Part shown: positions 39,901 through 53,750 of the stretch, piece by piece
Position numbering within the stretch: position 1 is the stretch's first letter
How the letters are laid out: every line of letters starts with the position of its first letter
Assembly: GCF_024521635.1 (NCBI RefSeq)
Contig: NW_026250403.1
Location: 1,302,001-1,366,000, forward strand
Direction: 5' to 3'
Source of the DNA: Tricharina praecox
Lineage: Eukaryota
DNA: 64,000 nucleotides
The notes under the pieces: model-generated
What the model saw: only the letters and a program-made list of their open reading frames with translations
The model's database searches: none
What the model was told of the DNA's origin: nothing
Program-made: the position numbers and the translations under genes

Positions 39901-40284
39901 CCGCCCCACACTCTCGCCGACGAGCTTCGACAGCCGCTCTTTCATCTCGTTTGCCGCCTTGACTGTGAACGTGGCGACGATCACGTTCTGCGGGCTTAGG
40001 CATAAAGGCTCTGATAAAAGGTATGCTACGCGCGAGGTCAACGTGCGAGTTTTCCCCGATCCCGCTTCTCCCGTCGTCAGCTCAGGCTCGAGTACCTAAC
40101 GGAAGGAAGGAAGGGAAGGGAAGTAGTATGTACGCGGCGCAAGAATCTGCACGACATCCGCTGGCGTGGTAACAGCGGTCCTCTGCGCCTCATTGAGGCC
40201 GTCCACCGAGGCCGCAGCCACGCTCCTCCCCGACGGCAGCTCGCGGTGCGCCGTCGTCACCGTCCGAGTAAACCCTGGTACCAT
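36959..40284 (-). CDS. SRS2: UvrD/REP superfamily 1 DNA helicase, Srs2-like; exons 40284-40134, 40064-38325, 38271-36959
   Basis: LNEAQ Q-motif, APPGSGKT (Walker A across intron), TFTVKAA, IDEFQDTN, VGDPDQSIYGFR, LEENYRS, STIHAAKGLEW, EERRLLYVAMTRA; disordered C-tail. Confidence 0.93.
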
Positions 40285-40581
40285 TGTGTTTCGTCTTGTT
40301 GTGTGTGTTGTGCGAGACGAGAGGCGATGCACGTGGGCTCCCGGGCCTGTGTTATGCTCGGGAGACGCGTGCGACTTGGCGCATCACGTGGTCTCGTGCT
40401 TCGTTCTTCGACGCGAGTGATCGACGGTGTAACGCCGAACATACACACGGAGACGGGAGAACCGTCCTCGTGGACACTGCAAACAACTCCACGGATGGAT
40501 GCGGTTGAAGAAAAGGTGGAGATAAATACCCCCAGCCACCCCCCACCCGACGTCTCAGCAAATCCACGTTCCACACAAAAG

Positions 40582-40917
40582 ATGGCGACCTGCTACTACT
40601 GCTGCACCGAATACTACTGCCGCCCACCTTCGCCTCCTTCACCGTACGAATACACCTCCACCCCCGACGAATGGGGGGCAGTTCGAGCTTACATGGAGTC
40701 CTTGTACAAACATAGAATTATGATAGCGTACTGGTACTACAAAAATCCCCCGCCTCCACCTCCACCTCCACCTCCACCTCCGCCTTCACCGCTAGAATGG
40801 CGAGACCGCAGACAGCCAATATCAGTGGAGCCTGAGGAATTCGACGACCTGCCTGCCCGAGAGCAGGAACGGATCCGGCGGTTGATGGACGAGTGGAAAA
40901 ATAAGGGAGTCTACTAA
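40582..40917 (+). CDS. Orphan small Cys/Pro-rich hypothetical protein (111 aa; alternative start near 40495)
   Basis: ORF divergent from SRS2 with protein-like composition (CYYCC, poly-Pro, charged C-terminus); no recognised domain. Confidence 0.4.
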   Translation: MATCYYCCTEYYCRPPSPPSPYEYTSTPDEWGAVRAYMESLYKHRIMIAYWYYKNPPPPPPPPPPPPPSPLEWRDRRQPISVEPEEFDDLPAREQERIRRLMDEWKNKGVY

Positions 40918-41324
40918 ACATTCCTCTTTTTGGATCGGCGTAGTTTTTCGAGAATAGACCGCCGCCGCCCTTGCTTGGCCTTGCAAGTATCACAAATGTC
41001 GCATTCCTTCTTTAGAAACAGGTTTTCAGCGGGCTCCCAACATGTGTGGCTGCATGAGTACAGGATGGGGGCGAAGTTTGCGTTGTGGTTTGAGTGCGTT
41101 GTTCTTTTCATCTTCAGAGAAGTGGTGGGATAATCGGTGTTGTAGATTACAACTGAAGGGCTGCGATTTATGGATACGAGATCCGTTTTGAAGGGGGTTT
41201 CGAGACGAATGTGTGAGTAGACGCAGAGTTGAGTTGGCACGAGTGATAGCTGTTCCGGATGCTCATACATCATTCATAAATTCTTGGTATCCATCCACCC
41301 TCCCACGGCCACTACATCGCGCAC

Positions 41325-42524
<1,200 letters not shown>

Positions 42525-42703
42525 CTAGGGTGTGGATGTGGGGGCTTTTACGGCTGAAGCCAAGACGGCGAACGGGAGACCGGCATAGCATTCGGCAGGG
42601 CAGTTCGGACCGAGGCGGGATTAGGTATCGGCCGTAGTTCGTTACAGCTCACCGCTCACTAACAACCGACCCACACCTCATTGCCGCAGCACCACCCCGC
42701 AAC

Positions 42704-43352
42704 ATGTCGTTCCAGCCGCCACCACCACCGCCGAAGCCCACCTCTCGCACGAACACCCCCGAACAGGCCGCCTACGAGCTCCCGTCGCTGCCAACAACCC
42801 CCTTCGTTCCCGACCTCCTCCAAACCAAATCGTACGTTCTGCGCACACCTCATCTACCTCCCACCTCCTGACCAACTCCACAGCCACTCAGACCTACAAT
42901 ACCTCTCGCACTCCCCCGCGCTTCTCTCGAGCCTTTTCACGGCGACGCATCCCGCCTCACGCGAGCACACCGCGGCACTCACCACCGCGCTCACCGCCAA
43001 CATCTCACTTGCGCAAACCCTCACCACGACGGAAGCGGCGCTCGCGGCGCAGCGCGAAGCTACGCAACAAAAACTTGTCGAAACCCGCGCGCAAGAAGAG
43101 AAGTGGCGCGAGGTCGAGAAGGAGATGTACCAGTCCCTCCAGCCGTTCTCAGAGGTAGGTCTGCATGCGCGGCTTCGTGCCGCGGTCGCAGAGGGGGAGA
43201 GGGAGTGTGATGCGCTTGCGGAGGATTTCTTGGAGGGCGCCGGTGAGGTTGAGGCGTGGGTTAGGGAGTATAGGGAGAAAAGGAAGGGGGTTGCGCTCAG
43301 GAGGGAGCGGGCCGGGAGGTGGGCGGAGGGCCGCGTGGGTGGGTGGAGGTAG
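42704..43352 (+). CDS. VPS37: ESCRT-I subunit Vps37/Srn2 (Mod(r) domain), 198 aa; exons 42704-42831 and 42884-43352
   Basis: Pro-rich N-terminus, coiled coil, C-terminal LAEDFLEG..WVREYREKRK..RRER Mod(r)-like motif; intron GTACGT..CTGAC..CAG restores frame; divergent from LYS12 with about 227 bp between ATGs. Confidence 0.8.
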
Positions 43353-44094
43353 AGCGGGTTCTCGGGATTTCGTCGCTCCCGAGAGCCTTCCCCCACTTAC
43401 CACTGTGTCATACCTATCTATCGTTGACACCAGATCATCCTCGCGGGGGAATTATGGCTCCGGGTTTGTTCGTAAAATATTTTCGTGCGGAACAACATCC
43501 CATGACTCCCGAACAGTCATCACATTATAATGGGATGTCCGCAGATACCAGATATCACTAACCCGGTGGAATCATTCCTCAACAATTTTCACAAAGATGG
43601 GAAATACAACAGTCCAATCAAAAGCGCAGCGCATGCCATCAGAGCATAAAACCCTCGCAAACCGTCACGCCGGTCAATAATTGCTATCCCCGAGCTTTTG
43701 CCGAAAGAGAACAACGAAACGAAAAGAAACGACAGCCGTAGCACCCAGCCATATATCAATCAATCAAAGCAACCAACAAAAGCGTAGAAAAGTTCATTAC
43801 GGGCCCGGCCATCCACTCCCACTTATACAAGCCACCATCACCTCACTGAGTAGAGTAGAGCAGAAAACCGGTCACCATCGGCCACAACCACACCCGGCGT
43901 CTCACGCTCGCTCTTGTTCTATGCAATCCCGACGCCGCCTCAATACACACGTGACTATCACCACCATCATCCCGACATCCAATAAATAACCACATCACAA
44001 AAAAAATCTGCATCCAGAAGATAGGCGTGCCCAACATGCGTAGGCGATTCGTAAACTCTTAGAGGCATTATGCATTATCGGCGGGAGTCGTCGC

Positions 44095-44761
44095 TTAGTG
44101 AGTTTCGTCCCGGATCAGGGCAACGATCATGCTGTAGAGGTAGAAAAAGAACATGACGAGGTGGAAGCCGAGCTTGATGAAGGATTCCTATTTTCACGTG
44201 CAATGCATTAGCCACCTGCCAGCTATGAGGGGATCGTACCGTGCGTGGGTGCGACAAACATTCTTGTGCCTGTTGAGCGTCCGGAAGATCTCGGTTGCGT
44301 CGAGGAGGTGTGCGTTATCAAGAATCCTATCGTAAAGCCGTCAGCGAGAGTCCTCGGAGTTATACATCCGCCTCCGCCGGTTTCTCCACCACAGCCCTCC
44401 AATACACGGGATAAGGCGACGTACTTCTTGAGGTTGAAGGCCACCAGAGGCAAGTTCAGGATCAGAGCGACCCAGTAGCCGTTGACCAGAAACAGGACAG
44501 TCAGGAAAGCATGAACGGCGGCCTCGGGGATGATGTAGGAGTTCAGGCGGTTGCATAAGTCGATAGGGTTGATGTAGTCGCATTCCAAATCAGAGTACCT
44601 ATTGGCATTTGCGACAGCGGTGGTTAGTTGTGATTCTGATTTCGCACATGATGTCAGAGAACGGGGACTGCGACTAACATTATCGTGAAAAAGACCTGCA
44701 GGAACAGGTTGACAGCGTTGATCAGTACCGCCAGTAGGAATAGCCATGCTTCTCCCGACAT
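44095..44761 (-). CDS. ERV14: Cornichon family ER-export cargo receptor; exons 44761-44679, 44598-44425, 44326-44260, 44187-44095
   Basis: [85 protein letters not shown]. Confidence 0.96.
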
Positions 44762-45650
44762 TGTAGCGATAGTGTTTGAGGGTAACTTTGGTTGAGGGTG
44801 ATGGGGGGGGGGGGGGTTTGTTCGTTTGAATCTGGAGAAGGTTTTTGGGGTGGGTTTCGTGGGGTTGGAAGCGGGTTGGGTGGAGGAGAGGTTGGCTTTC
44901 TCGCTAGGCTGTTGTTACGTTGCGTTTACGTTGGCAACAGGAAGGAGGCTTAAAATTTTGGTTGGGAGGGGAGGTGTTGAAGATAAGGGCGACGTGGACG
45001 GAGAGAACCCGATTTGAATGGCGGATGGCGGCGGGGAGGAGCGGAGAGATGTGCGGGTTAATGGGCGGGAGAGAGAGGAGGAGGATGAGTAAGTGAATGA
45101 GAAGAGGAGGCAAGACAGAGGGACTCGATGACAAGTGGCGGGTGGTTCGTCTCTCGAGTTCAGTCAGTATAAGTAGTAGAGTACAGATCAGCGGCGGGAA
45201 TCAAGCAAAGCCGGAGCGGCAGAACGAGAGATGGACAGCATCATCATCATCACACTTAAAACCACGTTCCACGAATAACGTTATCATCGGTAAGTATAGT
45301 TCTTATTCAACTTTATGGTCCGTGTTTCATGCTATCACAAGCAAATGTTTGGAGGCGGACACATGAGTTGTGAGGAATGACCCCGTGGCTGATGACTACT
45401 CTATCATTGAAGGGCGGTCCCACTGCATGCACAGCCACTCGCCAAAGCACAGCCACCAAGTGCTCAGTGCACACGTCCGCCCCACCAACCACGAGCCGAA
45501 CGGAACATCGAACACCTCTGTCACCTCACCACCCCTACTCTAGAATGCTCCCAACCCGCAATTAGTCTCCAAAACCTTCTCGCATCGCCACAAAATCACC
45601 CCGTGTGACAGCTCGGTTAAGGACCCGTAGTGAAGACTTAGTCTTTAGCT

Positions 45651-47916
45651 ATGTCGCCTCGGCAAGCTTCTCTGCAGAGATACTATCCATACCTCATCGC
45701 CGGAGGTGCTCTGATCGCCCTGACCGCCGTATCGTACCGCCTCTACACCAACCAGACCCAATCTTCCCGCCGCTTGAGACGATCGAATGCCACCCGTCGT
45801 AGCGGTGCATCAAATTCCAGACGAAGGCAACAGAGCCGTGCCGCCGCCGCCACCTCCCCCGAGCCGGGAGGCGTCCTGAGCGATGAACAGCTCATGGAGG
45901 CCCTGAACCAGGTCGGAGACTTGACGGGACTTCCGCTGGATATTCCTGAAGCTGCGGCGGAGGCGCTCACAGAGACGGGGCATGCGGCGCAGCAGGCCCG
46001 TGGTGCACGAGGCGCAGCTGCTGGTGGTGCGACTGATCGGGAGCCTCGACCGGGGAGGAGGGACAGTGAGGCCGAGAGCGAATTCTCGTTCACGGCGGAT
46101 ACAAAGGAGAATGCCGAGAATCAGAACTTGCTGACGCTGCTCTACACTATTGCCCAGGTACCCACCCTCTGTCGACCCGCCGACTTGCTCTATGGAGATT
46201 GTTGCTGATGGAGTTCGCAGGACACAGCGCAGCGGGAATCCTACGTGCATCGCGGCGTGACGTGTAACAATTGCCAGATCATACCCATCCGCGGAATCCG
46301 CTACCGCTGCGCAAACTGCCTCGATTACGATCTGTGCGAAGTCTGTGAAGCCCTCGATGCTTGCCATCCAAAGACGCATCTGTTCTACAAGATCCGCATC
46401 CCGGCGCCGTTCATCGGTAACCCACGGCATGCCCAGACTCCTTGCTACCCCGGCAAACCGCAGCTCATGGCTATGTCCCTCAACTTGGAGGCCATGCGAG
46501 TGCTGGCGGATGAGACCAAGTGTATGTCACCCACCCCGCGGAGCGACGGTCGATTCGACAGACATGAGCTGACCCGAATCCACAGTTGAGCAAGTCGAAC
46601 TGGAAGCGCTTTATGAGCAATTCAAGGTTCAAGCCGCCTCGGAACACAACGATCCCAAGTTCGGAATTCATGGCGCCATCTCTCGAGATACCTTTGACAA
46701 GTGTTTCGTCCCCAACACTTACCTCCATCCACCAGCACCAAACTTGATTTACGACCGCATGTTCCGATTTTACGACACGAACGGTGATGGAATGATCGAT
46801 TTTGAAGAGTTCGTAATGGGTGTTGCCCTGACCAACAACAAGAGCAAGACTCCCGAAAAGCTCAAGCGCATATTCGCCGGCTACGATCTAGACGGCGATG
46901 GTTACGTCGAGCGAAAGGACTTCTTACGAATGTTCAAATCCTTCTACTCGCTGAGCAAAGTGCTAGTGAAAGACATAGTAGCGTCACTAGGCGACGAGCT
47001 CTACGAGCAAGGCCACATGGAGCAAGCCTTGAACGGCCGCCAACCCATCTCCGCCGTCTTCACTTCCTCGATCCCTCCGGCAAGACGCACATGGGAAAAG
47101 CCCGCATCAGCACTCGACGACTCCGACTCAGAGGCCGACTCCTCCTCGCCCGTGGTACTCCCTAGTTCTAAGGACCACATGGCGGCGGGCAAGCTGCAGG
47201 AAGCGTTGGACGCCTCGGCGCTCTCGCCTTCCACTGCCACGGGCCGCGACATGATCGAGACTAAGAGGAGATCGGACTTTTGGGCGCCCATGGACGCTGA
47301 CGAGTACGATCTTATGCTCCCCGAGGAGGAGAGGGACGTCGGTAGTGAGGTCCTGTTCCATCTCGCCATCCGCGGAATTAATGAGCTGCTGGATCTCTTG
47401 TTTAAGGAGAAGGAGTGGGCGGCTGTTGAAGCAAGAATGGAGGATGAAGTCCCGACGAAGGAGGAGGAGAAGCAGCCTGAGGAGAAGCAGCCTGAAGAGA
47501 TGCAGCCTGAAGAGACGCAGCTTGAGGAGAAGCAGCCTGAAGGTAAGGGTCAACAGCCCACGATCGAGCCATCCGAAACCGAAACCAAAGACCAGGCCGT
47601 CCCCGCCAAAGACGGAGAAAAGGAAGACAAAGACAATGCCGAAGCCAATGCCGAAGCCAATGCGGAAGCCGATGCGGAAGCCGATGCGCAACGGGAGCGT
47701 GAAAAAGAAGAGCAAGACAAAAAAGATAATGCGGAAGCAACTGCGCAACGGGAGCGTGAAAAGCGTGCGGCTATGCGGGCGGCTATGCGCGAGGAAATAA
47801 AGGAGCGTGGCGGTGAGGGACGTCTCAACTTTGACGAGTTCAAGGCGATCATGACGGGAAGCGGGGCCCCGGGACTGGACTTTGTGGGCACGTGGACGGA
47901 TCTGGCTGGCTTCTAG
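45651..47916 (+). CDS. Membrane-anchored ZZ-type zinc finger / EF-hand protein; exons 45651-46157, 46221-46521, 46586-47916
   Basis: N-terminal TM segment YLIAGGALIALTAVSY; ZZ finger HRGVTCNNC..IRYRCANCLDYDLCEVCE..HPKTH; EF-hand loops DTNGDGMIDFEEF and DLDGDGYVERKDF; canonical introns. Confidence 0.9.
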
Positions 47917-48320
47917 CAGTTGCTAGTTGCACACGTATGTACTTGTACCTAGTTGGTCACTTACTTGCAATGCTGTTCTGTTCTGTTCCCCGTCTGGCTT
48001 GTTGGTGTTTTTTTTTGTTCTTAACGGAGTTGGAGTGGGTTTAGTTTACGTTTTGCTTTTGGGGGATGGACTCGGAGGGGTGGTGACTGTTGTGCATTGT
48101 ATGATACGATGTCGGGGGCTGTGATAATGGACATGACGAACGAGTAGATGGCTGGTGGCTACTGCCTGATATTTTATACCACGGTCCCGCTCGACCACAC
48201 GCCTATGATATCACTTGATCCGTATGGATACCCTAACGCGAACCTGGAGACAAGATACATTCATGCTGGTCATTCCACATCCAATAAATACTCTCTGACA
48301 TCCCTCCACGCTGCCAGTCT

Positions 48321-50099
48321 CTAATCCCAATATTTGATGACACAATCCAGCCCCGCACTGGCGACCTTACTAGTCTCCTGCGGATGCCACTGGGCGGCCA
48401 CAACGGGGCCATCACTCGCCTGGAACTTATGGTACAACTTGCAGCTCTTCCAGTCCCAGAAGCAGAGCCATCCTCCGCTGTCACCGGACATGAGGAACTG
48501 TCCGTCGGGGGAGATATCGATATCGATAGCATAACCGGCGTTGTTGTGTCCTCTGAACGCCTTCTTCCTGTTCTGCCGGAACTTGTCGGTAGCCGCGTAG
48601 ACGACGACCTGGTTGTCGCCGCTCTGGTAGGCCACGTACTTCCCGCTCGGGTGTGGCGCCGCCCGCACCATGCTGTACATGTACGGCTCGGCGATGAACT
48701 TGATGGGGACCGGGATGCCGTATTCCCACGCGCGCAGCGATTTGTCGTCGGAGGTGGTGATGAACCGGCGGTCTTCGTCGACGAAGGTGATGGTGTTTAC
48801 CGGGCCGAGATGGTGGTCGTATTCTTGCACCATCTCTTCGGTGCGAGTGTCGAACTGCACAATCTTCTTGTCCGACATACCGGCGAGAAATTCGTGCGGC
48901 TGAGACGGGTTGAAACGTATTACGTGTGGGATTTTGCCCGTCGTGAAGCGGTGGAGGCATTTGCCTGTTTCGGTGTCCCAGAGCTTCATGTACCGGTCGT
49001 AGGAGGCTGAAAGGAAATTTTCGCCGGTGGGAGTGAATGTGATGTCTGTTACTGCCTTGGAGTGGCCGTTGTAGGTTCGTAGCAGCTCGCGCTGGTGGTA
49101 GACATCCCAGATCTGTTATGATGATGTGAGTATGTAAATGGAGGCGAAAGAGGAAGAAGAGGTACTGACCTTCACCTTGGAGTCGCTCGAAGAAGATAGC
49201 AGCAAGTGACCCGCGCCGGGGAAGAAGCGCAACGCAGTAATGGGTTTCGTATGGCCCTTCCAAGTATGCACCAGTTTCTTTGGAATGAAATTCGTCTGGG
49301 TCCCCGGCTCCTTCTTCAAGTCGACGTCCAAATCCTGAGGAACATGCATATACGATCTTCCCTGGTAATCGTACATGTCGGTTCCGTGGAACTCCGAGTT
49401 CTCTTTGCCCACACCGCCAGTATTGACATCCAGGTATTCGCGACCAGCCTTGTCGATGATGGGGTTCGACACGGGCGCGACCACTTCCTCCTCCTCTGCT
49501 GCCTCCTCTTCCTCATACTCCTCACCCTCCTCGTCATCCCGTATCGCCATTGCCGCCTCATTGTACCGCGCCCACGGCCCCAAATACGCCCCATCACCAT
49601 CCAGCACCGCCGCATCCCCTTTGTTCTGCCTCTTCCTCCGTATCGCCTCAGTCTCCTTCTTACTCGGCCGCAGCTGGACGACATCCTTCCCGCCATGTGC
49701 AACCACGGCATTCTGATCGCCGACGAATCCCTCGCCGACCGCCGCGTACCCAAGCGAGTTGAAAGTGCGGTGCTGCGCACGGAACGTCGCATCGCTGATG
49801 CCACTCTGCTCAGCATACCCGGTGGGGACGTTCTTGCGCTTCCTACTAGTCGCGTCGGTTCCCAGGAACGGATTCTGCGGGCCCGCCTCCGGCGCCGAAA
49901 GCTGGTCGTACGACATGTTGTGCGTGATGCTCCGGTCGGTCGGCTTGATCAGTGACTGCCGGAGCTGCATAGGGTCCTCGAGCGAGACGTCGGGCGCCGC
50001 GGTGATTCTGGTCGTCATGGTCGTGATGGAGGGCGCGTACGCGGTCGGCGCACTCGGCATCTCGTCATCGCTGCTGGAATTGTAGTCGACTAGACCCAT
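48321..50099 (-). CDS. CDC40: Pre-mRNA splicing factor Cdc40/Prp17 (WD40); exons 50099-49170 and 49112-48321
   Basis: DYQGRSYMHVP, FIPKKLVHTWKGHTK, QEYDHHLGPVNTITFVDEDRRFITTSDDKS, WHPQETSKV..IKYWD; intron 49169-49113. Confidence 0.95.
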
Positions 50100-50917
50100 G
50101 GCTGTGGTGTCGTGGTCGGTGTCGGGGTATGTGTAAAGTTGGTGAAGCTGGAAGACGTGGAGCTGGTTGTTGGATCGGTGTGGCACTGTGCCACAGTTGA
50201 GCCCCATGCAGGGGTGAGGGCGAGGGTGAGAGTTTGTGATGCTAGATTCAAACACCACCCGATATCGATATCGCATCGCTTCCAAGACAGAAGGCTATTG
50301 TTCCTCGTCTTTTCGCTAGTTCCCGTGAGTCTTGCTCACACACTCTATTGAACGTCAACTCGTTGACTCTTGAATTCTACATATAAGAGATACATTACGC
50401 ACTTAACATTGATATATACCTTTAGGCTGGCAGAGCATACTATTTCCTCCCATGGGGCTAGGGAAGTGTACAAACGAGCCGAAAAATAGCCATTAAACGG
50501 TCCGGTTGCTCCTGCATGTACCTATTCCATGTGCATCCCCGGATTATCCAAAGGTTATTTTCTCCGATGTTATCCGCGTGGTCTTTCCCGTACCTGTTAT
50601 AGGTTTACCACGCCATACCGCCAAACCTAACCTACACCTTTCAAGTTAGCGTATAGCAAATATAATAGATCGATTTTGCGTGGCCACCTGAAGTACCGTT
50701 CAGTCCCGTGGGTGGGTCTGGCACGGGGCGTTTGCACGACCTCCCCACTACGTTTGTAGGTAGTTCGCATTCAACTTGTAGATGCCAGGAGGGAGAAGTA
50801 TATATACTTACGTGCACCTTGCCCGGTGGGGAAAAAAAGGCCACTCACGGTTACTGGACTTCCTACCCAAGTACATACATCATAGATACTCGGTTTAAAC
50901 GCAAAAAGATCACTATC

Positions 50918-51145
50918 ATGTCTTTCAACCATCACCACAGCAGAATCCGTTCTCCGCCGGTCCGTCCGCGCGGTCCCTGCAAACATTGTACCCCCCGCTC
51001 GACGTTTCCCATGTACAGCCGCCGCTACATCCGTGCGGACGGCTTCGTGGTATACTGCCGTAATTGTGGCAGGGAAATATGCAAAGACTACCGCTTGGCT
51101 TTCTCGCAGCAGTTGATCGAGTGGTATCGGTTTGAGGCGCAGTAG
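50918..51145 (+). CDS. Putative 75-aa microprotein with two CxxC motifs
   Basis: ATG in ATCATG context; CKHC..CRNC pair; TATATATA about 120 nt upstream; no recognised homolog. Confidence 0.35.
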   Translation: MSFNHHHSRIRSPPVRPRGPCKHCTPRSTFPMYSRRYIRADGFVVYCRNCGREICKDYRLAFSQQLIEWYRFEAQ

Positions 51146-51518
51146 GGACAGGTACATAGGAATTGATCGCCTTGTAAAGATGATGTTTGGGAGTCTAGGC
51201 TTAAGTGTAAGCCTCTAGACATTGAATAATCAAGGCTGTTACGTGAAACATGGCCTATGCGTACAAGATGAGAGAGAGTCGATCACGTGATATTGAATCA
51301 TGAGGAAAGGTGGTGATGAGTGAGAGATAATGATTTTGGTCGTTTCACCGAGTTCTGGGGGGTTTTGTCTCATTTGGTATTTGTTGTTCTTGCCTATCGG
51401 TCTTACATAACGGGTGCTTTTTTGGCAGTGGGGTATATATAGTACATTCATTGGCATATGTTCCAAGGGTATCGCTTACTGTGCGGCTATGGACATACAT
51501 GTAACCATTCACCCATGA

Positions 51519-51622
51519 TCCATCCACCATTCATCCTTCCATCCATCCTTCCAACCATCCATCCTTCCAAGCATCCAAGCATCCTTCCAATCATCCATCC
51601 ATCCCTCCAACCAACCAACCAA
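51519..51622. repeat. (CCAT/CCAA/CCTT)n degenerate microsatellite in the 3' region of the SGNH gene
   Basis: Directly visible. Confidence 0.8.
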
Positions 51623-51639
51623 TCGGGCCTTTGCCTTAT

Positions 51640-52434
51640 CTACAGAGCAGCCACCAAAGCCGGATACCACTTATCCGAGATCTTCTGGTTTCCGCTGTCG
51701 ATGGGGTGAACACCATCCGTGGTATCCGTTGCCGTAGAGAACCCAGTCCACTGATCCACGACGGTGATCGGGCTCTGACTCGTGGTCTTACCGGTGGCCC
51801 AAGCGGGGATGGCAGCATTGAAGTTGATGACCCTTTGAGCACACTCACTGCAGCCCGAGGGATTCATGGGGAGGATTTTCGCCACCTATATTTCCGTGCA
51901 CTGGGTCAGCGCCGCACATCATCTTCTACTCTCTCCTTCTTCTTCAGGAGACGTACCAAGATCTTCATGCTAGGGTTGTTGGCCCGCATCTGATCGACGA
52001 GCGTCGAGAAGGCGCTGAGAATGGTGGCCGGCGCGATGTTGTTCCACACGTCGTTGGTTCCCAGGTGCATGATGACGATGTTGGGGTTAGTGGCGGACAG
52101 CCACCCCGGGAGAAGGCTCTGGCTCGCGATGTTGGTGGCGAGATATCCGCCGTGGCCCTCGTTGTCGCCGTCGTAGGTAACGCCGCAGCCTTGGGCTGGC
52201 AGGGTGCCGACCATGTCGATGTTTGTGTAGCCGTTGTTCCTGGAGAAATAGTGTTAGTACATATATGGGATACGAGCGGAGGGAAGTCGGTGAATACCAG
52301 AGACGGTTGTAGAGCGTTGCCCTCCAGCACCCAGGGGATCCCGTGATGGAGTCGCCGAGGGGCATGACCTTTGTGGCGGCCTGGACGGAGCCAGCAAGGA
52401 CAGCGATGGCGGAGAAGATAGTGAGGAAACGCAT
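51640..52434 (-). CDS. Secreted SGNH/GDSL hydrolase (carbohydrate esterase family 3-like); exons 52434-52298, 52239-51957, 51885-51640
   Basis: Signal peptide [19 protein letters not shown]; block I MPLGDSIT, block II NEGHGG, block III HLGTND, block V DGVHP. Confidence 0.92.
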
Positions 52435-53586
52435 TGTTGCTTTTAATTTTCTGCTTGGGGCTGTTGAGCTGATACCGAACACATCGAGGCCATCCTAAGG
52501 TGTTTATATAGCTTCTGGCCTGGTGCAATATGTCATGAGGACTGATATAGTGGTGCCGCGAAGGCACCGACAGCTCGACAGGTATGACTTCCCGAAATCT
52601 CCGTCCATGCTGAGATGTCGGCTCATATGTAGGGTATGATGCATCTGCATAACCCAGGCACTATAAAAGACGGCTGGTTGTTCTTCGGCCGAGGTTCCGG
52701 ACTTTGAACATTCACTGGCTGATTGAGCACGAAGAGTGCGGACTTCCTAGCTACTTGTGGTTGGATGGCGCCAAATCCACGCCTTGTTGTCTCCCGTGTT
52801 CTGTGACGGGATGTATTTGTAGGTCGCGCCGATTGGCCTGGTCAGTTGACAGTTGTCAGTGGACAGTGGACCGGGAACAAGGGCCAGCGGGAGGGGAGAC
52901 GAACCGGAGTTATACACGTCCACAGGCAATCACCCATCGGCCTGAATCACCGACCGTTCCTGATCCCACATCGGCCCCACCACCACCACTACCACCACCA
53001 CCTAATAACCCACCACCCCCACTTAGATCTCCAGCTCAAGCCGTTCCTGAATCCCGTCGCCTACCTAGCTGCAGCTGCCTACCCCTGCCGAAAATTTTGC
53101 AATGCGTATGTACTTGCCTACCTATGCATATTCAATAAGCTTTCCCCGCAACACACACGAGCGGGAACGAGCCGAAGTCTCCGCCTGCCAATCTCTACTC
53201 GGCGGAAGGGATGCGATTTGGAACCGAGAGATTCTCCCGTATATATCCACCGCGAGATGGATGTTTCCGTGTAAGAAATAAAGTAAAAGAAAATTCTGGG
53301 GGAAGATCAATATGGAGAAATGCAAGCGACTAGTTATTGAGGGGAGAGTGTATGCATATGAAGGGCTGGGGTAGGACGTAGGAGGGGTTCGCTTGCGGAG
53401 ATGTCAGTAGGTATTTGTATGGGGCTGTATCCTGGCACAATGGACTCTGGAGTCTGGAGAACCGTATTTACAAAGTAACCACCTATATTTACTCGTATAG
53501 GTACTTCTTACTGTACCTACATCCTACTTGGGCACCTGGGCCTGCGACGCCGCTAGAGATGAAAATCAACAACATCGTTCACGGAG

Positions 53587-53720
53587 ATAATAACTCATTG
53601 AGACGAGTACTGTAAGTCATGTCTCGTAACCACGGTTGCTCCCACGCAAATAATAACTCACTGAAATCAGAGGTGTGTACTACAATCCATGTCTCATAAC
53701 TACGGTTGCCCTCACACAAC
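53587..53720. repeat. Diverged tandem duplication of a 63-70 bp unit
   Basis: ATAATAACTCA..CATGTCTC(G/A)TAAC(C/T)ACGGTTGC..CAC(G/A)CAA at 53587 and 53650. Confidence 0.85.
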
Positions 53721-53750
53721 TAATCTAGTCTAGCCTTCACCCCTCATCCC

